Shown here piece after piece: positions 18,477-28,600 of a stretch of 55,410 nucleotides of DNA. Numbering within the stretch: the first letter of the stretch is position 1; every line of letters begins with the position of its first letter. The translations under genes and the position numbers were made by a program. The notes under the pieces were generated by a model. The model was not told the DNA's origin. It did not search any database and saw only the letters and a program-made list of their open reading frames with translations. Source of the DNA: a virus (Duplodnaviria; Caudoviricetes); IMG/VR virus record IMGVR_UViG_3300012920_000050, positions 1 to 55,410 of that record; one strand, written 5' to 3'.

Positions 18477-21400
18477 TACCAAGTAGAGTAAGTTGTGTTG
18501 TTATTGTAACAATAAGCTTCGGTGCTACCAGTATATATGTACACCCAACTATTTTTTGTATTAGAATAAATGTAGTGCCCAGGGTCACCGCCACTTCCAG
18601 TTAGGTTCTGCTGCGACCAAATCCATCCCCCAAAAGGCCCTCCATCAACATAAAACCAAGCGGAAGCAGCAATTCCGAGAGCCCTATTAGTTTCCCAAGA
18701 ATTAGATCCTGTCCAAAGAGGAGATATGTACATCCACGAACTTTTATTAGAGCCAAGGAATTGGTGAACAAATGCCCACTCAGCAAAACCTTCTGGATTT
18801 ATTCCTCCGTGCAAATAAAGATTAAAATTAGAAGTATCAGCGAAATAAAGCATCGAAGAGATCCAGCTATTATATTTAGAATTATTAGACCCAGCTAAAT
18901 CATCTGTGCCATTTCCTAAAACATATTTTGAATAAATCATTCTATCGGGATCGATAACCGCCCTAATGTTTTGTTCTTGACCGGCCGTGGTAGGCATAAC
19001 GAGACTTGGAACCGTATCTGGAATGGTTGCGGGAAGAAAGTTATTGTAATTAATTTCATTATGCTCTCCGCCCCCTATGAGCTGATTTGATCCGCCATCG
19101 ATTTTATTGTAAGTTCCTCCGCCAATTAGATTTGAGCCGCCATTCTTGTCTATATCGTTTGGCATACTATTGGAATGACCCCCAAGAATCGAAGAAAAAT
19201 TATCTCTACATAAATTATTAAATCCTGCTCCAATAAAAGAAAACTTTGACTTGATTTCATTGCTTGCTCCAGCAACAATTCCGCAAGATATATTAGCGAA
19301 AGAATCCTCTGCTGTACGTGAACCAGGAGAAAACTCTGTATCAAACTTATTATTAAATCCTCCGCCTATAAACGACGCAAAGTTTCCCTTTATACTGGAG
19401 AGAAAAGACTCGCCAGGAGTAAGAATGTTGCCAAAAGCATCTCTTTTTGGAATTAACTCCCCAGGGTTATTAGGGTCTGGCTCTAATTGCTTAATTTCAT
19501 CAGAAGAAATACTTCCGTCAAATACAGATCCTGCTATTTCAATCAATCCCGTAGAATTACTGATTCTGATATAAGAACTTATTTTTGTTGCATCAGAATA
19601 TGCCTCCCAATTTGTTGTGTCGATAGTAGGCGCAACAACAGCCCCCACAAGAGTTCCGGGACTTTTTTTGCGATAATTTAATCCGCCAAAGCTGATTATA
19701 TTACCCTCTTCGTAAGTATTATTACTTGAGGAACTGCTTTCAAATTCAAAAAAATTAAGCTCCTTTTCTCCACCTATATCAGTAATAACAAAAGAATTGC
19801 CGCTAGAATCCTTGGCTCTTCTTAACCTAAAACCGGGAGTGCTATAATTTTCAGTAGTCCTAACAAGTCCATTTGCTGGATCCAAGCCGCCTATAAATCC
19901 AGCAGATTCAATTGTTCCTCCAGATCCACCCCCTGGGTTATTGGGATTCTCAATCGGGTCATTCACCCCCATACTAAGAGTATTTGTGATAATTGCATCA
20001 TTTGCTAGTAAAAGTTTCGTCGCAACACTTTCGAATTGAGCTCCAAAAATTTTCCAATACTCAGAGTCTACAACTCCCGCCGACCCATCTCCCTTGGGCT
20101 GTTTAGCTCCAGGAAAACCTGCACCACAGTTGCCAACTGGACCACTATCTTTTTTCGCAATATAAAAATCTCCTCCTGGCGCACCACGATTAGTTGTATC
20201 TAAATTATTAAAATATACTACATCTCCCCTTAGTGTCTGCTTATCCTCTAGTCCATTATAACAACTATTAGAATTCCAAACGCCTCTATAAACAGGACTC
20301 CTTCCGGTTTCCCCAACAGGTCCTTGCAAATTAGTGGACACAGTTACAGAAGATTCTCCAAAAGTATTTAAACCAGATGCGTATACCACCACGGACAAAT
20401 CAGAATATGCCCCAAGGCGGTGCCTCTTTAAAATTTCATCAAATCCATTTCCCTCAACAACAAACTCAGCCATTGAAGTACTAGAAGAAGAACTAAAATG
20501 ATCCGCATCAGATGGGTCATAACTAAAACCAGAAATGTTATATTCTCCATTTGTATGAGCATCGTAATCAAAGACTAGATCACCATTAGCATACTCCATT
20601 TTATATCTTATATCAGAAGCAGATAAAGAAGAATTTTTAAAATGGTTTCTAATTTTTATCGTTTGGTTCGGAGGGTTCGGAGTAAAATCACCGTTACCAT
20701 CCTCATCGTAAGTAAATATGTCAGGCTCAGCATACATATTAACGACAGCGAGATCAGATCCATCTCTTTGTTTTAAATTCCCCTCGATAGTTAATTGACC
20801 ATTTTCATAATACAATTTACCCCCAGGCCCATTCGTATCATCGCCCTTAAACATAAAGCTTCCGTTTCCACTTATAACGAAACCTGCGTATTGATAATCG
20901 AAACCGTCATAACCTGTCCCACCAGGGTGTGAAATTGTTTCACCAAACCCAGCGCTCCTTATTTGACCGCTCTCTGCAGTTCCCCCAATTTGAATATCTT
21001 GACTCAGGATTTCTGCAGATCTAATTTTGTCGGCAGTTAGATTGTGAATCTTAGCATTAGTTATTGCCGCCTTTTGAATGTGAGCAGTGCCTATTGTTGC
21101 GTTTGCAAAAGCATGCCACATCGGAACAGCTATTCCTGCAGAATTTCTAGCGATTATTTTATCTCCGTCATCCAATAAATTACGCTTTTCCCCGTCTATA
21201 TCTCCCCCGCCACCGTAATTAGACGGATCACTAGTCTCTCCTTCTCCAGCAGGATGATAATTTGAAGTGCGGTAGTCTCCGGTATACTTTATATTTCTTA
21301 AAGGATTATTCTGTTCAGAAGTAAGAGGAACTTCCCTTATTATCTCAAAATCATCTCCAACAGCAGGAGACCCAACAAAAGGTCTTTTAGTTGTTATGGT

Positions 21401-24400
21401 TCCATCAATTGCATCGTAAGTATCAATCTCTCTCTCTTGCCCTGCTAAATTATTTGATAAAAATTTAATGTATGTGCCAGGATCATTGGTTGTTATTGGC
21501 GAAAAAGACGGCTGAGAAACCAATTCGGAATCAACGCTAAAGCTATTAAACGAAGGGGTAGAAACATTAGTAATCTGACCTTTCAAAAGCTTAACCTTTT
21601 CTCCTGGCAAAGCAAGACCCAACTCCTCTAATTCAGACTGGTTTATTTCTATAGCCTCATCAGGTTTAAAATAAACGTAAGCGTCTGTCGTCTTTCCCTG
21701 TTCGGTTGAATTTGAAGGTATAAACACTCGGTTTTCATCATAAACTCCATTTGGATCAAGAAACTTGGGAGAAGTTGGGTCTCCAATAACATACCCCTCT
21801 CCCTCTATATAAAGAAAATGCCTATCCCAAGATATTGAGTCAGCCTGCGGAGTATTATTTTTAAATGGATTATTAGGAACAAGGGCTACTGTATTAGGAA
21901 ATGCGTTGGTTATATTTTGCTCAAAATCAGATATATCCGTAGGAGACTGCTGACCAAGAATAAGTTCGAGCCCCTCTATAACATCATCGGTTGCAGCCTT
22001 ACCAGTAAAAGGGCCTTTGTTTCCGCCGTGATCGACGGCTCTTACCCAAAAATATCTTTTGTCATTAACTTGCCCTCTATGAGTAATGCTCATTTGAGGG
22101 CCGAGAGCAGAAGCGTCAAGAACATGTAGGGCGTTGGTTATTCCGCTTGCAGGATCAAGCTCTTCTATTGGTATTTCGTCTGCTATACTAGTTAGATCCC
22201 CAGTTATTTTTCGATAACCACTGATATTCCTGTCGTGCTTTAGAAACTCATTTTCTGCGCCAAAATAAAGATAATTATCTTCTGACTGCCAGACCTCATA
22301 ATGACTTATATCATTTGGAAGACTCAAAAGAGTTCCTGAACCTTCTAGAAATTCGCTTTTTGGAATTTCCCAATCCAAAAAGTAATTTACAAATGCGGTA
22401 TCTCCCTCAAAATTTTCAACAGCCCCAGGTATAGCGTCTGTAGTTTTTCCAAAAGCTGGACCCATAAATCCATCTGGGTTGCTATTGCTATAATGAAAAG
22501 GGTAAATTAAAATTCTTTCTGGGTCTCCAGCATTATCTCTTAAAGTAAAAAGATCTCCACTCCCGAACTCATCAAAAGGAAGTAACTTATAATAATAACC
22601 AGTTATTCCGTCACCCCTTGAGTCAGGAGTTTTACTTTCATGGGTATATGGAAGAGGAGGATTTTCATCAATTATAGAGTTTATATTTTCCCCAAAATTC
22701 TGCTCTGTAGGACCAAATACTTCTTTGACAAAATTAGGAGAGCCTGATCCAGGTAGCCCGTTTTCTCCAGTGACACTAAAGTTTGGGTCGCTCGATCTAT
22801 ACATTTGAAGCCTGTTGACCATTTCCCTAGCTTCGTTTGCATACCTGAAATTAAACTTAGTAGTAGTAACTTTCTCTAAACTATCAACACTAAACCCGTT
22901 AGCAAGAATGCTTGGCTCTAAATTAAAACCAATCAAAGAATTAGAATTAAGAATGTTTCCCTCTGGATCGATAATTCCTAAACTTATACCAACTTTTCTT
23001 TTTCCACTTTCAGGAATACCTAAATGCCCAAACGGAATATCTTGGAAACCAGTATTCTTCTCCCAAAATGGTCGCCATTGAGAATTTTGATACGTAGAAT
23101 TTATTAAATTATCTGTTCCTCCTATGTTTAATATAGGAGCCCCATTAGGATTACTTGATAGGCATTCGTATACCGCGCCATTATGATATACAATATCTCC
23201 CTGTGTGTGATTTGTAGATATATCTACCCCATTACCATCTAAAGCTGTCCAGTAATCGCTTTCTCCGTCAGGAACCCTTATTCCTGCAGAAGCACCGAGC
23301 CCATTCTCAAGTTTGCCACTAAATATATCGTTATTTATTATAACCAGGCTTCCAGGAAAATATCTTTGTTCGGTACTGTAATTGTATACAGGAAGATCAT
23401 AGGAAACAATAATTTTTTCGTATTCATCTGAAACCTCGGGATTTTGAACCTCCCACCCAGACCCTGTTGCTGGAATTTCAGAGTTAGAATTTTGTGTAGA
23501 TTTATATACCTCACAGTCGATTTCGTCAAATAAATCAGCAAATATCCACTTTTTCTGCCCAGAATCAGTTGGAGATATTCCATTAGACAACCTTATGCAT
23601 CGATATATATATCCATCGTGCAGAACTACGTCACCAATGACATATGTTTTTGTATTATCATAACTTTTAATATGGCTACTTACTGGAGCTACGACCATAT
23701 CTCCTATAGAGTAACCTCCTGCTTTACCCTCATCAAAAACACCATCCACGCTCGAAGATTCAGGCCCTATATTTTTTGGAGAACTACCTGTAGTAGAATA
23801 TATCTCTCCATTATATTCTACGAGAGAATTTTGCCCCAGAGACGTAGCGGAGTTAAATACATAATTTTTAGACTTATCCCACTCTTGATACTCGGGAAAA
23901 ATAAAATCTTGAACAGAAGAAATTGCATCATAAAGTCTAACTCCAGCAGTGACCTGATCTCCCTGCTGGTAAGATTTTGTAGAGTCAAAAGGTTTTGCGT
24001 TAACAGGAAATCCCTCACTGGGATACAAAGAATTATTTATTTCTCTAGTATAGTCAAAAGTCTCAAAAACCTTTGTTCCAGGAAGATCATTAACCACTTT
24101 TCTATCGCCATTTTCATCTACAACAGAACCTTTACTATTCAAGCCTTCAGTTATGCCAGTTAAAAATAAATTTGAATCTGCGTCAAATAATGACCCACTT
24201 ATACCCAATACGCTAGGAGTATCATTTGGAGACAAAATAAACTTATATTGATTAAGGTCAACAAGATTACCATCTTGGTCAGTTATGTTCCACCTAAATA
24301 TTAGATCATCTTCTCTTTCAATAAAATTTAAATTACTTATCTTTACCTCAGAAACAAATCCATACAAATCAGAGTTTTCTTCTCCCTCCACTACAGCTCC

Positions 24401-25651
24401 GTCAGCAGTGACATTATATTTATCTCCCTCACCGTATTCATCTTTAGGAATAAAAGAATAATAGTATTTATAGCCCCACACATGATCAAACGAAACATTT
24501 TCTTCAGTTAAAGAATAATTGTTTGTTATAAATTGAAAATCATCTTCTTTTTTAGCCCAGTAAGTAACTCCATTGTCTATCGGACTAGACGGAGTAACAC
24601 TCGGTTTTTGTATAGACACATAATCCTCCAAACACTCGTATATAGAACCTTCATGCCGAGCGCAGTCGCCTTCTTCCCAGGAAGGAACGTTGTTTGACCA
24701 CTTTATGGCATTAGAGATTTTGTTGTAATAATCAAGGTTAGATTGAAAATTCGATGGATACTTTAATTCAAAGTCAGAAGGAATTGCTAGAGATCTAATA
24801 TTAGTTGAAGCATAGTCAGTATCTACCGTCTTCCAAGCAAATCCCACCTTAGAGCCAAACAGAGAATGAGAAAGCTCTTCAATCTGAGGCTTATAATTTT
24901 TAGCAAAAAGCTCTCCAGTAGCAGTTCTTCCAAAAGAATCGTGAGATATTATTTGCATTGATATATCTCTCTGAAGACCAAGCTCTTCGAACGTTAGTGG
25001 AGAAAGTTGAAAAGAAAACCCCCTATAATTATCCATAGCTTCTGATACATTTGCCGTATTAAGATAAGATTGAAGGCCCTGATTTATTGTATCATTTAAC
25101 TCAGAATCGCTTACGACAGTTCCATCAAAGTCGCTTCTCAATTCAATTTCAAAATGAGAAAAGAAACTGTCTGACAAAAGCTCGGCGCCTAGCGCTTGAC
25201 CTTCTTTTGCGTGACCCGGGGGAGGAGTTAATCTCCATTCAATTTCTACATTTTTTTCCACAAATTCTGAAGATACGGACAATAAATTGGGATCAGGCAA
25301 TTGAGGAAAATGATCAACCTCACTACCCACAACTGGATTTCCAGGGAGATTGGAAACAATTAAATCAGAAAACGTAAAAGTTGAGTCGTATTCTGGAGCA
25401 TTAATATTTATACCTGACTGAAGAAAAGCAGACCTAATTCCTATATCGCTTACAGCAAAAACCCTTACCGTAAATTCTCCATAATTACCCTTTAAATCTA
25501 CAGAAACTTGAGCGGTTTCTCCGATAGCTTGAACCAATTCACTACCCCTTCCAACTTTTTGCTGAAAAGAATAATTGTCTGATGTACCTAAAACTTCGTA
25601 CTCAGAATTTAAATCGTTTACAGTAAACTGAACTCCTATTGCGGTAGACAT
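18476..25651 (-). CDS. giant tail fibre / distal part of host-specificity protein (FN3, CBM5/12-like repeats, trimeric beta-helix, GGxxN repeats, Trp-rich tip)
   Basis: YFWVRAVDHGGNKGPF (FN3); YxxGDxVxxxGxxY repeats; ATIGTAHIQKAAITNAKIHNLTADKI; WKIFGAQFESVATKLLLA; GGGxxN repeats. Confidence 0.8.
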   Translation of the reverse strand: MSTAIGVQFTVNDLNSEYEVLGTSDNYSFQQKVGRGSELVQAIGETAQVSVDLKGNYGEFTVRVFAVSDIGIRSAFLQSGININAPEYDSTFTFSDLIVSNLPGNPVVGSEVDHFPQLPDPNLLSVSSEFVEKNVEIEWRLTPPPGHAKEGQALGAELLSDSFFSHFEIELRSDFDGTVVSDSELNDTINQGLQSYLNTANVSEAMDNYRGFSFQLSPLTFEELGLQRDISMQIISHDSFGRTATGELFAKNYKPQIEELSHSLFGSKVGFAWKTVDTDYASTNIRSLAIPSDFELKYPSNFQSNLDYYNKISNAIKWSNNVPSWEEGDCARHEGSIYECLEDYVSIQKPSVTPSSPIDNGVTYWAKKEDDFQFITNNYSLTEENVSFDHVWGYKYYYSFIPKDEYGEGDKYNVTADGAVVEGEENSDLYGFVSEVKISNLNFIEREDDLIFRWNITDQDGNLVDLNQYKFILSPNDTPSVLGISGSLFDADSNLFLTGITEGLNSKGSVVDENGDRKVVNDLPGTKVFETFDYTREINNSLYPSEGFPVNAKPFDSTKSYQQGDQVTAGVRLYDAISSVQDFIFPEYQEWDKSKNYVFNSATSLGQNSLVEYNGEIYSTTGSSPKNIGPESSSVDGVFDEGKAGGYSIGDMVVAPVSSHIKSYDNTKTYVIGDVVLHDGYIYRCIRLSNGISPTDSGQKKWIFADLFDEIDCEVYKSTQNSNSEIPATGSGWEVQNPEVSDEYEKIIVSYDLPVYNYSTEQRYFPGSLVIINNDIFSGKLENGLGASAGIRVPDGESDYWTALDGNGVDISTNHTQGDIVYHNGAVYECLSSNPNGAPILNIGGTDNLINSTYQNSQWRPFWEKNTGFQDIPFGHLGIPESGKRKVGISLGIIDPEGNILNSNSLIGFNLEPSILANGFSVDSLEKVTTTKFNFRYANEAREMVNRLQMYRSSDPNFSVTGENGLPGSGSPNFVKEVFGPTEQNFGENINSIIDENPPLPYTHESKTPDSRGDGITGYYYKLLPFDEFGSGDLFTLRDNAGDPERILIYPFHYSNSNPDGFMGPAFGKTTDAIPGAVENFEGDTAFVNYFLDWEIPKSEFLEGSGTLLSLPNDISHYEVWQSEDNYLYFGAENEFLKHDRNISGYRKITGDLTSIADEIPIEELDPASGITNALHVLDASALGPQMSITHRGQVNDKRYFWVRAVDHGGNKGPFTGKAATDDVIEGLELILGQQSPTDISDFEQNITNAFPNTVALVPNNPFKNNTPQADSISWDRHFLYIEGEGYVIGDPTSPKFLDPNGVYDENRVFIPSNSTEQGKTTDAYVYFKPDEAIEINQSELEELGLALPGEKVKLLKGQITNVSTPSFNSFSVDSELVSQPSFSPITTNDPGTYIKFLSNNLAGQEREIDTYDAIDGTITTKRPFVGSPAVGDDFEIIREVPLTSEQNNPLRNIKYTGDYRTSNYHPAGEGETSDPSNYGGGGDIDGEKRNLLDDGDKIIARNSAGIAVPMWHAFANATIGTAHIQKAAITNAKIHNLTADKIRSAEILSQDIQIGGTAESGQIRSAGFGETISHPGGTGYDGFDYQYAGFVISGNGSFMFKGDDTNGPGGKLYYENGQLTIEGNLKQRDGSDLAVVNMYAEPDIFTYDEDGNGDFTPNPPNQTIKIRNHFKNSSLSASDIRYKMEYANGDLVFDYDAHTNGEYNISGFSYDPSDADHFSSSSSTSMAEFVVEGNGFDEILKRHRLGAYSDLSVVVYASGLNTFGESSVTVSTNLQGPVGETGRSPVYRGVWNSNSCYNGLEDKQTLRGDVVYFNNLDTTNRGAPGGDFYIAKKDSGPVGNCGAGFPGAKQPKGDGSAGVVDSEYWKIFGAQFESVATKLLLANDAIITNTLSMGVNDPIENPNNPGGGSGGTIESAGFIGGLDPANGLVRTTENYSTPGFRLRRAKDSSGNSFVITDIGGEKELNFFEFESSSSSNNTYEEGNIISFGGLNYRKKSPGTLVGAVVAPTIDTTNWEAYSDATKISSYIRISNSTGLIEIAGSVFDGSISSDEIKQLEPDPNNPGELIPKRDAFGNILTPGESFLSSIKGNFASFIGGGFNNKFDTEFSPGSRTAEDSFANISCGIVAGASNEIKSKFSFIGAGFNNLCRDNFSSILGGHSNSMPNDIDKNGGSNLIGGGTYNKIDGGSNQLIGGGEHNEINYNNFLPATIPDTVPSLVMPTTAGQEQNIRAVIDPDRMIYSKYVLGNGTDDLAGSNNSKYNSWISSMLYFADTSNFNLYLHGGINPEGFAEWAFVHQFLGSNKSSWMYISPLWTGSNSWETNRALGIAASAWFYVDGGPFGGWIWSQQNLTGSGGDPGHYIYSNTKNSWVYIYTGSTEAYCYNNNTTYSTW

Positions 25652-25657
25652 TATATA

Positions 25658-28600
25658 TTATAAAGTTAAATCAGTTAAAATTAAATTAGTTGGCCCATCT
25701 GGAATTTCCATGCTCTCTTGAGGGGGAATCGGAATCCTTGGTCGAATAACCTTATTCTTTTTATCTATGGCATCAAATTTAGAGGAGACAAATTCTAGGC
25801 CAGTAATTTCGTTCATGCCGCCCTCAGATTCTTTAACGCTCATTGTTCTAAAAAGCTGCCCCTCTAGTCGGTCAGAGCTAATTTTTATAGCAGAATTTAT
25901 GTACATTATTCGCGTTCCCTCTCTAAGCTTCTTAAGAGGAGCGGGAGACCTTCCCTCGCCTTCTCCATGAACTTGCCAATGAGCGCTTCCCCAGCTTTCT
26001 TTATCTGTATAGTTTATACCCCCAATTGGCATATCGTTATTCCACTCGTCAACCAAATCTTGATGCGCGTTTACATAAGCCTCAAAGTCAAAAATGGTAG
26101 TATCAAATTTATTTGCCAAGAAAAAATCAGCGACAAGACCAGAGTCCTCTAACTCAAACTCATTTTCATTTATTTTTTTTACAACCCAATAGTCATTTTT
26201 TCCCCTTTCTCTTTCGGTTCCGTTACCAGATCCATCTAGGTTATAAAGCCCAGAAATTAAAGGTATGTCTTGACCTGGATCATGAACGCCTCCAGGAGGC
26301 CTTATCCATACAAATTCTCCATCAGAAAGTTGAAGGTCTATATTTCTTATGGTTTGTAAATGCACAACAACAAACCTTCTTCCCCCTTCATCTTTGATCT
26401 GTATTTTAGATAAATTTATTCCCACAAACTCTTCAGACTGCATCGCATTGTCGATAATGTCTTCTGTTGGAGAGCTATCATGAACGCTTTTTGCCGTTTG
26501 AGGGTCGATTAGATTTGGCGTGCCAGGCCATTTAAAAAGAGCTCCTTTTGGGTTAGATGTATATTTTCTGTCGCATGTAACCAACAACTCCCCAATTCTA
26601 AACTTCGTCCCTTTATCTGCAGGATTCTCTGTATAAAGGAAAGCTCTTTCAGGTGCTTCGTCATAGTAAACATAAAGCCACCCTTCACCCATTATATGCC
26701 ACCAATGCCTAAAATTTTCAGGCTGACCTGAGGGGCTAACGCCCTTGGGTTTTATCCAAACCCATCTTTGCAAATCTGAAAACCATAACCATGTAGCCTG
26801 AGACGGGTTGTCTGACACAGGAGGAGCATAAACCCAAAACCCAAGATTTGCAGAGTAAAACCAATCAGACCCCTTTACTTTTTGACCTGCAAAGTAACAA
26901 AGGCCCAGAAAATCAGAATAAGCCCAAGCCCCAGTTAATTCTTCGTTTATTTCTAAAAAAGCTTTAACCTGAGACTCTATGCCTTCGTGTTCCCCACCTC
27001 CGCTCCCAGAGGGCCTTCCTTTTAATGACCACGCAGACCCAACAGAGATTTTATCTAAAGCGTTTTGATTTATACGCTCGCTTTCAGTGACAATGAAATG
27101 GCTTCCGCCAATATTACCAAGAGAATCAAACCCTTCGCTAGACAGGTTTATAACAAAATCTCCATCAAACCTATTCAACCCAACAACCAAGCCTGCTGGA
27201 CGATAATATGTTTTATTTCCAACGATCACATCCTCAGCGCTTCCATTTCCTACGGGTTCACCAAGATTATTTTTTGCGTTCTCAGCAGAAGATTCATGTA
27301 AAAATAAAGGGTAAAAACCAAGGCTCTCTATGGCTCCCTCAACTAAAGTTGACTTTACTAACTTATTGGTAACCTTGAAAGTATTTTTTGTCCTAGAAAC
27401 TATAGTATAGGGCGCTCCTAACGACAGACCCCTGGGAAGAACACCGTCTGTCTCAAAACTAATAATATCTCCATCCTCAAAGCCATGATTAAAAACATTA
27501 AATAAATTCTTCTCCAGATTCATTATAAACCCAGACTTAAATCTTAAATCTTCGGCAACCAAAGTTTGCCCTTGAGGGCCAGGATCAATAATTTTATCTT
27601 CGCGACCAATAGCTAAGCTGTATCCTTGACCAAGCCTACATTTAAACCTTAATATTTGAGGGGCAAAAATAGACTCAATTTCCGCATCTTGATCTTCCGA
27701 GGATCTCTCAAACCTGGCTCTCTTTTCAATTTTTTCTACTTCGGAATTTGGCGAAGCGACAGCAATGGTTATCTCTGGCTCTCCATTAAATGGTTCGCTT
27801 ATAGTATTTTTATCCAAAAGCAAACAGGTTCTTTGATATTCTGACAGGTTTTGTTCGGGCAACTGATCCTTCACTTGAACCCGAAGTATTCTTCCGCTTT
27901 TATTCTGACCAGACCTAGCTTCATCAGAAACTTCAAAAATTGCTCCAGGAAAAAGATAGCTAGACTCTATCCCAGATTTAAAGTTTATAGTTTCTATCTC
28001 CAACTGAGTTGTAAAAATAACCCATTTTGCCAGTCGTCTGGCTTGAGACTGAGAAGTTATGCCAAAACCTAAAGTTTCTTCTTCTCTGTACCCAAATTTA
28101 TTAACAGCCTCTGGAGATTCTTCTATAACAACATCTGTCCGATAATGATTATCTTTATTATTATATCTAACCAAAGAAGTAGTAACTTTTTGGTCTTTTG
28201 TTATTCCAGAATATGAAAACCCTTCTGCAGAAACATTGGAGTCATTAAATAATGCAATTGGTAATTTTTGAGAGTCTTGTATAGCTATAATTTGCCCATT
28301 ATAGTATGCAGTGATACCTCTAAATACAGAAGCAAATTGATTAATCAAATCGATAGCCTTCATTCTGTCAGTAACATAAACATTTGAAGTAAACCTTGGT
28401 TCTACTATAGAGTGAGAAATTTGAGTCGCACAAGCCCCTAAGACGGTATTCCCGTTTGCTCCCTCAGAAAATGGCTTTCCAGAGAGTTCTACTATAAAAT
28501 CAAAAAGCTCTCCATTCTCTACACAATTAGAACTAACTATAGTTCTTTCCTCAATAATAACTTCTCCTTTCCTAAAACTGGAATTACGAAACCTCACTTC

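Noticed and set aside
25943-26092. The ~50-aa inserted module as an intein or mobile intron
   Set aside because: No N-terminal Cys/Ser or C-terminal His-Asn, far too short, no endonuclease, and no terminal DNA repeats seen
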